Shown here in pieces: positions 56,419 to 64,000 of a DNA stretch of 64,000 bases (its first letter is position 1; the number at the start of each line of letters is the position of its first letter). The notes under the pieces were generated by a model that searched no databases, was not told the DNA's origin, and saw only the letters and a list, made by a program, of their open reading frames with translations. The stretch is from Candidatus Falkowbacteria bacterium (GTDB lineage Bacteria > Patescibacteriota > Patescibacteriia > UBA11705 > JABHMO01), in the NCBI GenBank assembly GCA_018674305.1, contig JABHAL010000004.1:64446-128445 (forward strand), in the 5' to 3' direction. Position numbers and translations under genes: made by a program.

Positions 56419-58782
56419 ATGCTCAAAAATCAACTTAAAAACTTAGGCTTTACAGAAAATGAATCAAGTATTTATTTGGCTCTATTTGATTTGGGCAAAT
56501 CCCGCGCCGGTCAAATAATCGAACACACAAGCCTGCATCGCAATCTTGTTTACACAGCTCTCGATAGTCTTGAAAATCGCCAGCTGGTAACTAAAGTTAT
56601 GGTTAAAGGCGTGGCTGAGTTTTCAGCGAACTCACCTACTTCACTTATTGATGAAATAGATAATAAAAAACAGCTCGCCATACAAGCTGTTGAACAGTTG
56701 AAAAAAATGTCTAAGCAAGAAGAACGCGACATTAAAATTTACGAAGGCCTTGATGGCATTAAACAAGCTAGGTCAAGAATTTTGAACTTACCCAAAGGCA
56801 GTGAGTTTTTTGTCCTAGGTGCCAGCAAACTAAGTCAGACACCAGAACTGGAAAGTTTTTGGCGCGGGTTCCACAAGAAAAGAGAGGCTAAAGGTATAAA
56901 ACAAAAATTGCTATATGAAAGCACAACTGATAAGAATGTCCTAGACAGCATTAAATGGCGAAACCAATTACCGAATATGGAATCCAGATTCTTGCCATTT
57001 GAAATTGATTCACCTTTTTGGTTTGACTTTGCCGAAGATCAAGTTAATCTTGGCTTTGCTGGCCAGGATCCGCTGACAATTAATATTAAAAGCCGTGACC
57101 TGGTCAATGGTTTTAAGAAATACTTTGAGTACTTTTGGGATCAACGAGTCCTAGTCAAAACTGGGGTTTCTGCTGTCAAAGAAGCACTTTACGAACAACT
57201 TAACTCTCTAGAGCCTGGCGAAGAATATCGTATACTTGGCGCTAAAGGCAAGGATTACCCACAAGGCGTGGATGAATTGTTTAATCAATTTCATCTGGAT
57301 CGAATTAAAAAAGGCGTGGTAACAAAAATGATTTGTTACGAAGAATCCTATAACGGCTTACGAAAACGATTTGAAACCTGCGGTGACATTAGTGGAAAAA
57401 TTAGTTTTCTAAAAAAATATACTTCTGAGACTCCTATTCCAATGCAAATTAATATGTACAAAGATAAAACATTTTTTATTTTGTACGAAAAAACACCAGT
57501 TGTCGTTTATTTTGACAACCCTGTCATTTCCCAAACTTTTAATACTTACTTTAATGACATCTGGGACCAAAAAGTAACTACCAAGACCGGAACAGCAGCT
57601 TTTCATGATGCAATGTACAATCTTTTAGATGAATTAGAAGCTGGTGATGAATATTATATCCTTGGTACCACCGGCAGACAGCTTGATGAAGACGAAAATA
57701 TTGCAGCTTTCTATAATAAATTTCACAAAGCCAGAATAAAAAAAGGTATTAAAGTAAAAATGCTTTGTTATGAAGAAGCTTACAAAAATATAAAAAATCG
57801 TTTTAATATTGAAGATCCAAAGGGCTTACTGAGTAAATTAAAAATATATACTACAGCCTCTGCTAACCCAATGCAAATTTGCCTTTACAAGAAAAAAGCT
57901 CATATTATTATTTATGAAAAAGAACCAACTGTAATTTCTTTTGACAAACCAGAAGTATTTGAAGGTTTTAAAAATCAATTTGATAAAGCTTGGGATCAAA
58001 AAATACAAGTTTATCATGGCCGAGAAGGATTAAGAAATGTTATACGGAAAGTTTTAGATATGGGTGACTATGTTGCAATCGGCGGAGCTGAGAAAATTGT
58101 TGATGCCCTTGGCGCAGATTTTTTTCGATGGTGGCAAAAAGAAAAAAGAAAACGTGGAATTAAAACTAGGGTAATCATGGGCAGTCATCACAAAAAGACC
58201 CCGTCAGTAACTGACGCTTTTGCAGAATTTAAATTTGTACACGAACATGAAGCGCCAGGAGTAACCTTAATTTTTAAAGACAAAGTAATTATTCTTTCTC
58301 TCGAAGGAGAACCTGCTGCCTTTATTATTGAAGATAAAACTCTAGCCAAAACCAACCGACAATACTTTGATGAGCTTTGGAATAAAGATACTTATATTTT
58401 AAAAGGCGTAAACGCGGTTGGTGATCTTTTTAATGAAATGCTTCAATACGAACAAGCTGATCTAATCGGCGCTCGCGGATATTTTATTGATAAAAGACCC
58501 GAGTTCACTAACGACTGGGAAAAACGCGCCATTAAAAAAGGATTTAAAATGCGCAACATTGTTGCCGCCGACTCAAAAGGACATCGTATTACGAAATTTC
58601 CATTTGCAAAAACAAAATATACTCTTAAAAAGGAATTTTCAAACTTAAGCGTGTTCTGGATTTTTGGAAACAAAGTAGCAATCAGCAACTGGACGAAAAA
58701 GGACCCCATCGTAGTTGTTATTGAGAACAAACATGTACACGATATGTATAAACAGCAATTTGAGTCGCTGTGGAATCAGTAA
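56419..58782 (+). CDS. TrmB-like helix-turn-helix regulator followed by four tandem ~130-170-aa repeat modules, each opening with a Y/F-x2-x-W(D/N)QK motif
   Basis: The N-terminus ESSIYLALFDLGKSRAGQIIEHTSLHRNLVYTALDSLENRQLV resembles the TrmB-family winged helix. The modules start at FEYFWDQR, FNDIWDQK, FDKAWDQK and FDELWNKD, and a trailing FESLWNQ ends the protein. Confidence 0.55.
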   Translation: MLKNQLKNLGFTENESSIYLALFDLGKSRAGQIIEHTSLHRNLVYTALDSLENRQLVTKVMVKGVAEFSANSPTSLIDEIDNKKQLAIQAVEQLKKMSKQEERDIKIYEGLDGIKQARSRILNLPKGSEFFVLGASKLSQTPELESFWRGFHKKREAKGIKQKLLYESTTDKNVLDSIKWRNQLPNMESRFLPFEIDSPFWFDFAEDQVNLGFAGQDPLTINIKSRDLVNGFKKYFEYFWDQRVLVKTGVSAVKEALYEQLNSLEPGEEYRILGAKGKDYPQGVDELFNQFHLDRIKKGVVTKMICYEESYNGLRKRFETCGDISGKISFLKKYTSETPIPMQINMYKDKTFFILYEKTPVVVYFDNPVISQTFNTYFNDIWDQKVTTKTGTAAFHDAMYNLLDELEAGDEYYILGTTGRQLDEDENIAAFYNKFHKARIKKGIKVKMLCYEEAYKNIKNRFNIEDPKGLLSKLKIYTTASANPMQICLYKKKAHIIIYEKEPTVISFDKPEVFEGFKNQFDKAWDQKIQVYHGREGLRNVIRKVLDMGDYVAIGGAEKIVDALGADFFRWWQKEKRKRGIKTRVIMGSHHKKTPSVTDAFAEFKFVHEHEAPGVTLIFKDKVIILSLEGEPAAFIIEDKTLAKTNRQYFDELWNKDTYILKGVNAVGDLFNEMLQYEQADLIGARGYFIDKRPEFTNDWEKRAIKKGFKMRNIVAADSKGHRITKFPFAKTKYTLKKEFSNLSVFWIFGNKVAISNWTKKDPIVVVIENKHVHDMYKQQFESLWNQ

Positions 58783-58841
58783 TGTTAGAATTCAATTAAA
58801 TGAAAAGCTCAACGACTTGGTCGCTGAGCTTTTTCGTTTTA

Positions 58842-59486
58842 CTATCTGAAAATTAAACTAAAGTAGCCAGTTCCTCGTGTAACCAGTTCCATCAAATCAT
58901 CTAAACGCTCCCTAAGCAATTGTAAACCTTCAATGTCACCATCGTCTAAACGACAATCTAGAACTTCATCCAAAGTTTGGCGTAATAGTGAACGATTTCT
59001 CTCAATCCGACTGCGCAACTGTAAGTGTAGATTATATCCTTGTCGAGAATCGTGATAATGCTCAAACATAGCAAAAAACCGGATTGTATAACGAACTAGT
59101 TCAGCATAACCATAGTTTCCATCATCACTAATTGCATCATAAAAGCTATGCAATCTGGTCAATTCTTCCATATTGGTTATTCCAGCCAATTCCGCTAATT
59201 CCTCTTGATCTAATCTAGTCACTTCTGCAAATTCTGGATATTGTTGTCCACAAAATTCTGCAAACTCTTGTCTTACCGATCGCTGACGATTAATAATTTC
59301 ATCAATGTCATACCCGTAACTTTCTACCCAAGCTAGAAAACTCTGATAATAAGACCTCCTTTCTCGACAAGCCAGTTGTCTCACTAATCCCCTAACAAAT
59401 TCCTGTCCATTGCGATTATCATCATGATCGCGAACCTGTTGCCAATAACTTTCTAATTCTGCTTGCAATTCATTGAACGTCATCAC
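58842..59486 (-). CDS. Hypothetical acidic 214-aa protein, GC-elevated
   Basis: ORF only. No family recognised. Confidence 0.4.
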   Translation of the reverse strand: MMTFNELQAELESYWQQVRDHDDNRNGQEFVRGLVRQLACRERRSYYQSFLAWVESYGYDIDEIINRQRSVRQEFAEFCGQQYPEFAEVTRLDQEELAELAGITNMEELTRLHSFYDAISDDGNYGYAELVRYTIRFFAMFEHYHDSRQGYNLHLQLRSRIERNRSLLRQTLDEVLDCRLDDGDIEGLQLLRERLDDLMELVTRGTGYFSLIFR

Positions 59487-59514
59487 TGCCTCCTTAAATT
59501 AAAAAAGAACATAA

Positions 59515-59615
59515 CAAAAAACAGCTGTCCGTCAGAACAGCTGTTTTTTGTTTAAGAGTTAGATCACATTATCTTAAGCAAAAAGCGCCTGTTCTGACAT
59601 GAACAGTCTTTTTGC
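59515..59615. terminator. Two tandem palindromic hairpins with T-runs (59523-59551 and 59589-59615) downstream of the 59744..60295 gene
   Basis: cagctgtccgtcagaacagctgtttttt and cctgttctgacatgaacagtcttttt. Both contain a CTGTTC..GAACAG core. Confidence 0.55.
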
Positions 59616-59743
59616 CTTTCTTTACAATTGTAAGTGATAAGTAATCCATATTGTTTTATAACTATATACTATAACACACTGAATAATTTTGTCAAGGGGA
59701 GAAATAATAAAGAGCTTAACTCATGGAGTTAAGCTCTCTTTTT

Positions 59744-60295
59744 TTAAACTGAAGCTGACAATTCTGCTGGGATAATTACAATATTATTGTATTCGTTAAA
59801 TATCATTTTTCCCCAGCTAAAACTGGCCGCGCCATCATGTTTGTAATCAAGCCAATTAACAAGCTCCATCACAATTCGCCTGTGCCAATTTAACCAAAAC
59901 TCTTTTTCTCGATCATTTCCACTTGTGAAGTAATTCAGTAGAAACGGTGTCACAAAAATCTTTTTTCCACCAGCACAACTTTCAGTTAAATTTACTTGAC
60001 CAGTTTTATCAAATCTAATGTTATCAGCAATGGCAGAGAACATACTATTCATATGTTGCCGAAACCTCTCCCTTAACCGAGCTTTTGACAATGGTTCTCC
60101 CAATCTACTCCAGGCTTGTGTTTGAGTTACATCCAATCTTTCAGATTGAATATTAATAGGAAAACGAAAAAACAACAATGGAGCGCATAAAAGACCTATT
60201 AACTTCTCCCTCCAAAGATTGTCAACCTGACTTTCAATGTACTTGTCCAAAATTTTATCGGACAAAACAAAATCGAATTCTTTAGTTTCTGTCAT
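59744..60295 (-). CDS. Hypothetical 183-aa protein
   Basis: ORF with downstream terminators. No family recognised. Confidence 0.4.
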   Translation of the reverse strand: MTETKEFDFVLSDKILDKYIESQVDNLWREKLIGLLCAPLLFFRFPINIQSERLDVTQTQAWSRLGEPLSKARLRERFRQHMNSMFSAIADNIRFDKTGQVNLTESCAGGKKIFVTPFLLNYFTSGNDREKEFWLNWHRRIVMELVNWLDYKHDGAASFSWGKMIFNEYNNIVIIPAELSASV

Positions 60296-60385
60296 TCGAT
60301 CCTCCTTTATTTTAATAGACTACTTCAAAACTAATCTCTTGTCAATAAAAAGACGCCCTGATGTTGAATCAAGGCGCCGTTATTG

Positions 60386-60589
60386 TTACTTACAAAATCC
60401 CGGATTGCGCAAACGAATACACACGCTACAAGTACAACGAGATGAATGTCCCTCCAGCGCCTGGCTAAAACTCTTCCCCATGTTCATGCCGATGCACACA
60501 CTGCAAGTACAACGACCTGAATGGCCACTCAATACGCCAGCTCTACGAAGTGCTTCTTTTATCTGTGTATTTCGCGAACTCATCCTCAA
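60386..60589 (-). CDS. Small (67-aa) Cys-rich protein with an internally duplicated GHS(G/S)RCTCSVCI motif
   Basis: AGGAGG ribosome-binding site 7 nt upstream of the ATG. Two ~57-nt DNA repeats encode H-x3-C-x-C-x2-C twice. Confidence 0.45.
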   Translation of the reverse strand: MRMSSRNTQIKEALRRAGVLSGHSGRCTCSVCIGMNMGKSFSQALEGHSSRCTCSVCIRLRNPGFCK

Positions 60590-60709
60590 CCTCCTTAGGT
60601 GTAAACAATATAATTCAAATAACTAACAGACAATATATAATAGCAAATAAACAATTTTTTGTCAATATTAACAAAAAAGCTCCAACATTAGATGTCAGAG
60701 CTTTATGGT

Positions 60710-61939
60710 TTAACAATTTTCCAAAGCGAACTGTAAATCCTCTATCAATACTTCCGCCTCTTCTGCACCAACGGATAGGCGAATCAGGTTTTCAGTTATA
60801 CCATATTTCAATTGTTCTTCTTCTCCCATACAAGCATGAGTAGTCGAAGCAGGGTGACAAAGAAGACTTTTAACTCCACCAAGGGATACCGCCAACAAGA
60901 TATGATGTCTTTCCGCTAAGATATTCTGAAAACGGAAAATCCGCTCTCGGTCAAATCCCTTTAAATAAAAAGCAATCATAGCGCCTGGAGCTGTACATTG
61001 TTTTTTGAAAATTTCATAATACACATCTCCAGATTGCCACAAACCTGGAAAGTCCACGCGTTCTACCAAGTGGTGCTGTTGCAAAAATTCAGCAACTATC
61101 TGCGCTCTTTCGGACTGAGTATTCATACGGATTGCATAGGTTTTCAAGAAAGTCAGCAAGAGCCAACATTCAAACGGATGAAGAATGCCACCAAAATCAC
61201 CACGCACTCTTTCAATGTCCAGGATTAAATACTCCCTTCCTTTTCGAGCCAAAACAGCTCCACACAGAACATTACTGTGACCACCCATGTACTTGGTACC
61301 AGAGTAAACAATCAAATCAACATGTTCACTGATTTCAAAAGGCGTTTGCAACGCTCCCATGAACGTATTATCAACGACCACAATGCAATTAGGATTGGAT
61401 TGCTTAACAGCTGCTGCTACAGCATCTATGTCTACCATAACTAAAGTTGGGTTGGTTGGCGTTTCCAAAAACAAAACGTCCGGACCAAAGCCAAAATCAG
61501 GCACACCATCTCGCGCATCATATTCATTAATCGCAAAATCAGACATGTGGCCAAAAAACCTAGCCATCATGTGATGTGTTCCACCATAAATTGGATTTAA
61601 GCAGGCAATCACTCCACCATTAGGAAGTAATCCCCATATCGTGCCAAAAATCGCTGACTCGCCACTGGCAAAAATCGCAGCTGCTCCAGAACCTGGTTCA
61701 ATGGCTGTCAGTCGCTCTTCAACCATAGCCGCATTAGGGTGACTCATTCGTGAATAAACAAAATCACTTTCCTCAGCATAAGGATTCTTAAATGCAGCAG
61801 CTGCCGCTTCTGCACTGGGAAAAACATAGGTTGTGGCCGGATACATTGGTTCCGCGGCTGAACCATAACTCTCCCTAAACCGAAAACCAGCGTGAATAGC
61901 CTTTGTTGACAAACGCCTGTCTGCTTTTTTCTCATCCAT
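60710..61939 (-). CDS. PLP-dependent Cys/Met-metabolism enzyme (cystathionine gamma-synthase/beta-lyase/methionine gamma-lyase family)
   Basis: PLP-lysine region YSGTKYMGGHSNVLCGAV. N-terminal YSRMSHPN and overall fold-type I pattern. GC ~48%. Confidence 0.8.
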   Translation of the reverse strand: MDEKKADRRLSTKAIHAGFRFRESYGSAAEPMYPATTYVFPSAEAAAAAFKNPYAEESDFVYSRMSHPNAAMVEERLTAIEPGSGAAAIFASGESAIFGTIWGLLPNGGVIACLNPIYGGTHHMMARFFGHMSDFAINEYDARDGVPDFGFGPDVLFLETPTNPTLVMVDIDAVAAAVKQSNPNCIVVVDNTFMGALQTPFEISEHVDLIVYSGTKYMGGHSNVLCGAVLARKGREYLILDIERVRGDFGGILHPFECWLLLTFLKTYAIRMNTQSERAQIVAEFLQQHHLVERVDFPGLWQSGDVYYEIFKKQCTAPGAMIAFYLKGFDRERIFRFQNILAERHHILLAVSLGGVKSLLCHPASTTHACMGEEEQLKYGITENLIRLSVGAEEAEVLIEDLQFALENC

Positions 61940-62102
61940 TGAGTCCTCCTGAGAAATGATTGGTAAAGATCTAAGGTCAACCCAAGATTATCATAAATAT
62001 AATCAGTTGTAAATGTCCTTTATATACCTCTTGACAAATACAGTAAATGATACTACACTTAAATTTGGCCTTTAACATTAAACCCCTTTACAGGAGCCAA
62101 GA

Positions 62103-62975
62103 ATGGGAATTTCGACAATGTTGTTGATCAATGACGACACTGAAGACGCAGTACAGATGCAAGAAAGACTTCCTGAAAATTTAGAGATTCAAATTGCCAG
62201 TCAAGCAGCAGCTCAACTACTTCAGTCTTACAATTTTGATTTCATTGTTATTGACAATGATGCCAATGATCTCAAGGTCGCGAAAGGTCCAGAAACCTTA
62301 AAGCGCATCATAGAAGTTGGTACAAGTGCTAGGATTTTCTATACAAGCTTCCAACCAGGCTGGGTAGGCAGCGACGTCCATAAAAACAGGCTTGTTCAAG
62401 TAGTAAAAACTGACGAATTACTAGATATCCTAGCCAAAGAATTCTACTTTGAATTGCGTCCTGCTCCAACAAAGGATGAAACAGATCCTCAAATCACTCT
62501 GATTATTTCATACAACCCGATTGAAGGGTATGAGGAAGGCGTCTACTGCGACGGGAAATTAATCATTCTATCTTTCCCCAAAAACGCCGGCGACAAAGCA
62601 CAAAGAGTTCTGAGACAAAAGCTTCAAGAAATTTACAGAACCTTTGAGTGGCGTACCGATCGTGACCTGATCAAAAACATTTTTGTTTACGATGGCGTGA
62701 ATGGAAATGACTGGCCAGCGCGTCTGGCTTCAGCACTCGGACACGATGTTCGCATGAAGGTCCAGTTGGTTGCTTGTCATTGTGACTGGAAACGAAAAGT
62801 ACGAGATGCCAGCACCTACTACGTAGACCTTCACAAATGTGAATGTTCAGGTAGTACCACTCTTGGAGCAATTGCAGATATGATTTTGGGAGTCATACGT
62901 CCCAAAATCAATTATGCCACAATTCCTGTTCCAAGAAAAACAATTGAAAACGGCGCGGAAAGATATAGCGTCTAA
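62103..62975 (+). CDS. Hypothetical protein with an N-terminal receiver-like (CheY-like) region and a C-terminal Cys/His cluster
   Basis: MLLINDDTEDAVQMQERL...FDFIVIDNDANDL resembles a receiver-domain beta1/beta3 pattern. C-terminal HCDWKRK...CECSG. A terminator lies at 62983-63018. Confidence 0.4.
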   Translation: MGISTMLLINDDTEDAVQMQERLPENLEIQIASQAAAQLLQSYNFDFIVIDNDANDLKVAKGPETLKRIIEVGTSARIFYTSFQPGWVGSDVHKNRLVQVVKTDELLDILAKEFYFELRPAPTKDETDPQITLIISYNPIEGYEEGVYCDGKLIILSFPKNAGDKAQRVLRQKLQEIYRTFEWRTDRDLIKNIFVYDGVNGNDWPARLASALGHDVRMKVQLVACHCDWKRKVRDASTYYVDLHKCECSGSTTLGAIADMILGVIRPKINYATIPVPRKTIENGAERYSV

Positions 62976-62982
62976 AACAACA

Positions 62983-63079
62983 AAGCCCTGTTCCAACGGA
63001 ACAGGGCTCTTTTTTTACCAGAACCATTTTTAGCTGTAAATAAAAAAAAGGCGAAGATATACATCCTCGCCTTTTTTTA
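62983..63079. terminator. Two back-to-back terminators between convergent genes
   Basis: agccctgttccaacggaacagggctcttttttt, and aaaaaaaaggcgaagatatacatcctcgcctttttttac. Confidence 0.65.
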
Positions 63080-63080
63080 C

Positions 63081-64000
63081 TTATTTTAATTTCTTCCTCT
63101 TCAGTAACAAAGAATTCATCACCACCGACACACTTGACAGAGCCATGGCCAATCCAGCGAATTCTGCGCGTAAAAGACCGAGTGCCGCAATTGGAATCCC
63201 AATACTGTTATAAAACAGGGCCCAAAACATGTTCTGTTTTATTTTACTCAAAGTCATTTTACTGAGTTTAATTGAACGGACTGCGTCGTTCAAATCATTT
63301 TTCACTAAAACAATCCCACCAGTTTCAATAGCAATATCAGTTCCAGCGCCCATAGCAATCCCTAAATCAGCTTGTGCTAAGGCTGGAGCATCATTAATTC
63401 CATCACCAACCATAGCGACCATTTTACCTTCAGCTTGAAGCTTCTTAATCTGCTGGGCCTTTTCTTCAGGCATAACTTGCGCTAATACTTTATCAATTCC
63501 AACCTGATTGCCAATTGCCTCAGCTGTTCGCTGGTTATCACCAGTAAGCATCACCGTTTCAATTCCCATTTCTCTTAATTTTTCAATTGATTGTCTTGAA
63601 GTTTCCTTAACAACATCAGCAACCGCAATTAACCCAGCTACTTCCTTAGCAATGGCAATAATCATAACTGTTTTACCCTGATCTTCAAGCTCGAGCTTTT
63701 GTTTTCTAACTTTTTCATCAAACAAAATATTATTTTGTAACATTAATTTCTCTGTACCAATTAAAACCTCTTGGCCATTTATTCTTCCCTTAACACCCAT
63801 ACCAACAATAGCATCAAACTCACCAGGTTCAGTTAATGAAATTTTTTCCTCCTTTGCCTTGTTTACAATTGATTCAGCCAAAGGATGCTCTGAGTTTTTT
63901 TCTAATGAAGCAGCAATACCCAAAATATCTGTCCTTTTGTATTTGTCATTTGTCATTTTTATCTCTGTTACTTCCGGTTCACCTTTAGTCAACGTACCGG
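63081..64000 (-). CDS. P1B-type heavy-metal translocating ATPase, C-terminal portion (gene continues beyond the window end)
   Basis: SEHPLAESIV (the HP motif of P1B ATPases). MVGDGINDAPALAQADLGIAMGAGTDIAIETGGIVL (hinge GDGxNDxPAL). C-terminal transmembrane helices. Confidence 0.8.
   Translation of the reverse strand, partial: GTLTKGEPEVTEIKMTNDKYKRTDILGIAASLEKNSEHPLAESIVNKAKEEKISLTEPGEFDAIVGMGVKGRINGQEVLIGTEKLMLQNNILFDEKVRKQKLELEDQGKTVMIIAIAKEVAGLIAVADVVKETSRQSIEKLREMGIETVMLTGDNQRTAEAIGNQVGIDKVLAQVMPEEKAQQIKKLQAEGKMVAMVGDGINDAPALAQADLGIAMGAGTDIAIETGGIVLVKNDLNDAVRSIKLSKMTLSKIKQNMFWALFYNSIGIPIAALGLLRAEFAGLAMALSSVSVVMNSLLLKRKKLK

Noticed and set aside
60300-60385. Possible hairpin or regulatory element between the Cys-rich small ORF and the 183-aa gene (aaagacgccctgatgttgaatcaaggcgcc)
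   Set aside because: GGCGCC is self-complementary but no extended stem forms. No convincing structure.

Overview
This is a ~64 kb window of low-GC bacterial chromosome, roughly 33-36% GC by eye, with patches nearer 42-50% GC. Genes are compact and tightly packed, and TGA is used as a stop codon, for example at the end of uvrA. The housekeeping content is: a repair cluster of uvrB (3' end only), rlmN, uvrA and a compact uvrC; a Nudix regulator, lytic transglycosylase, GNAT acetyltransferase and rmuC; rpsT, a Vut/YhhQ-type transporter and holA; a vWA-domain protein; polA and gpsA; tRNA-Cys; and the set rpsP, KH-domain protein and trmD. There is a single complete 16S rRNA gene (~25038-26529) with no 23S or 5S gene downstream. 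Further along are an ECF sigma module, a nucleoside-salvage trio (udk, HAD hydrolase, nucleoside hydrolase), a six-tRNA cluster (Val-Ile-Phe-Pro-Lys-Gly), an ABC-F ATPase, a DEAD-box helicase and TypA/BipA. The largest gene encodes a 4251-aa secreted repetitive protein (39460-52215). It is built from beta-helix modules and arrays of short beta-sandwich repeats and ends in a peptidoglycan-binding domain. Downstream lie a ZIP transporter, an IS200-type tnpA with palindromic ends, a GC-elevated island of hypothetical genes, a TrmB-like regulator with four repeated C-terminal modules, a Cys/Met-family PLP enzyme, and the C-terminal part of a P1B-type ATPase. Many intergenic regions carry near-perfect TTGACA-N17-TATACT/TATAAT promoters and hairpin plus T-run terminators. 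The most unusual items are: a protein fusing a sigma-70 region-4-like helix-turn-helix to an RNA polymerase alpha C-terminal-domain-like module (18861-19982); a promoter-driven element bounded by 19-bp inverted repeats (687-900) whose motif recurs in the 16S leader; the unlinked 16S gene flanked by GC-elevated hypothetical genes; a repeated palindromic element in the tRNA spacers; a small ORF with a duplicated H-x3-C-x-C-x2-C motif; the IS200-adjacent GC island; and the giant protein with three ~1530-nt near-identical tandem DNA repeats. The gene content is compatible with a reduced-genome, possibly host-dependent lineage. That is inference only, and no database search was possible.
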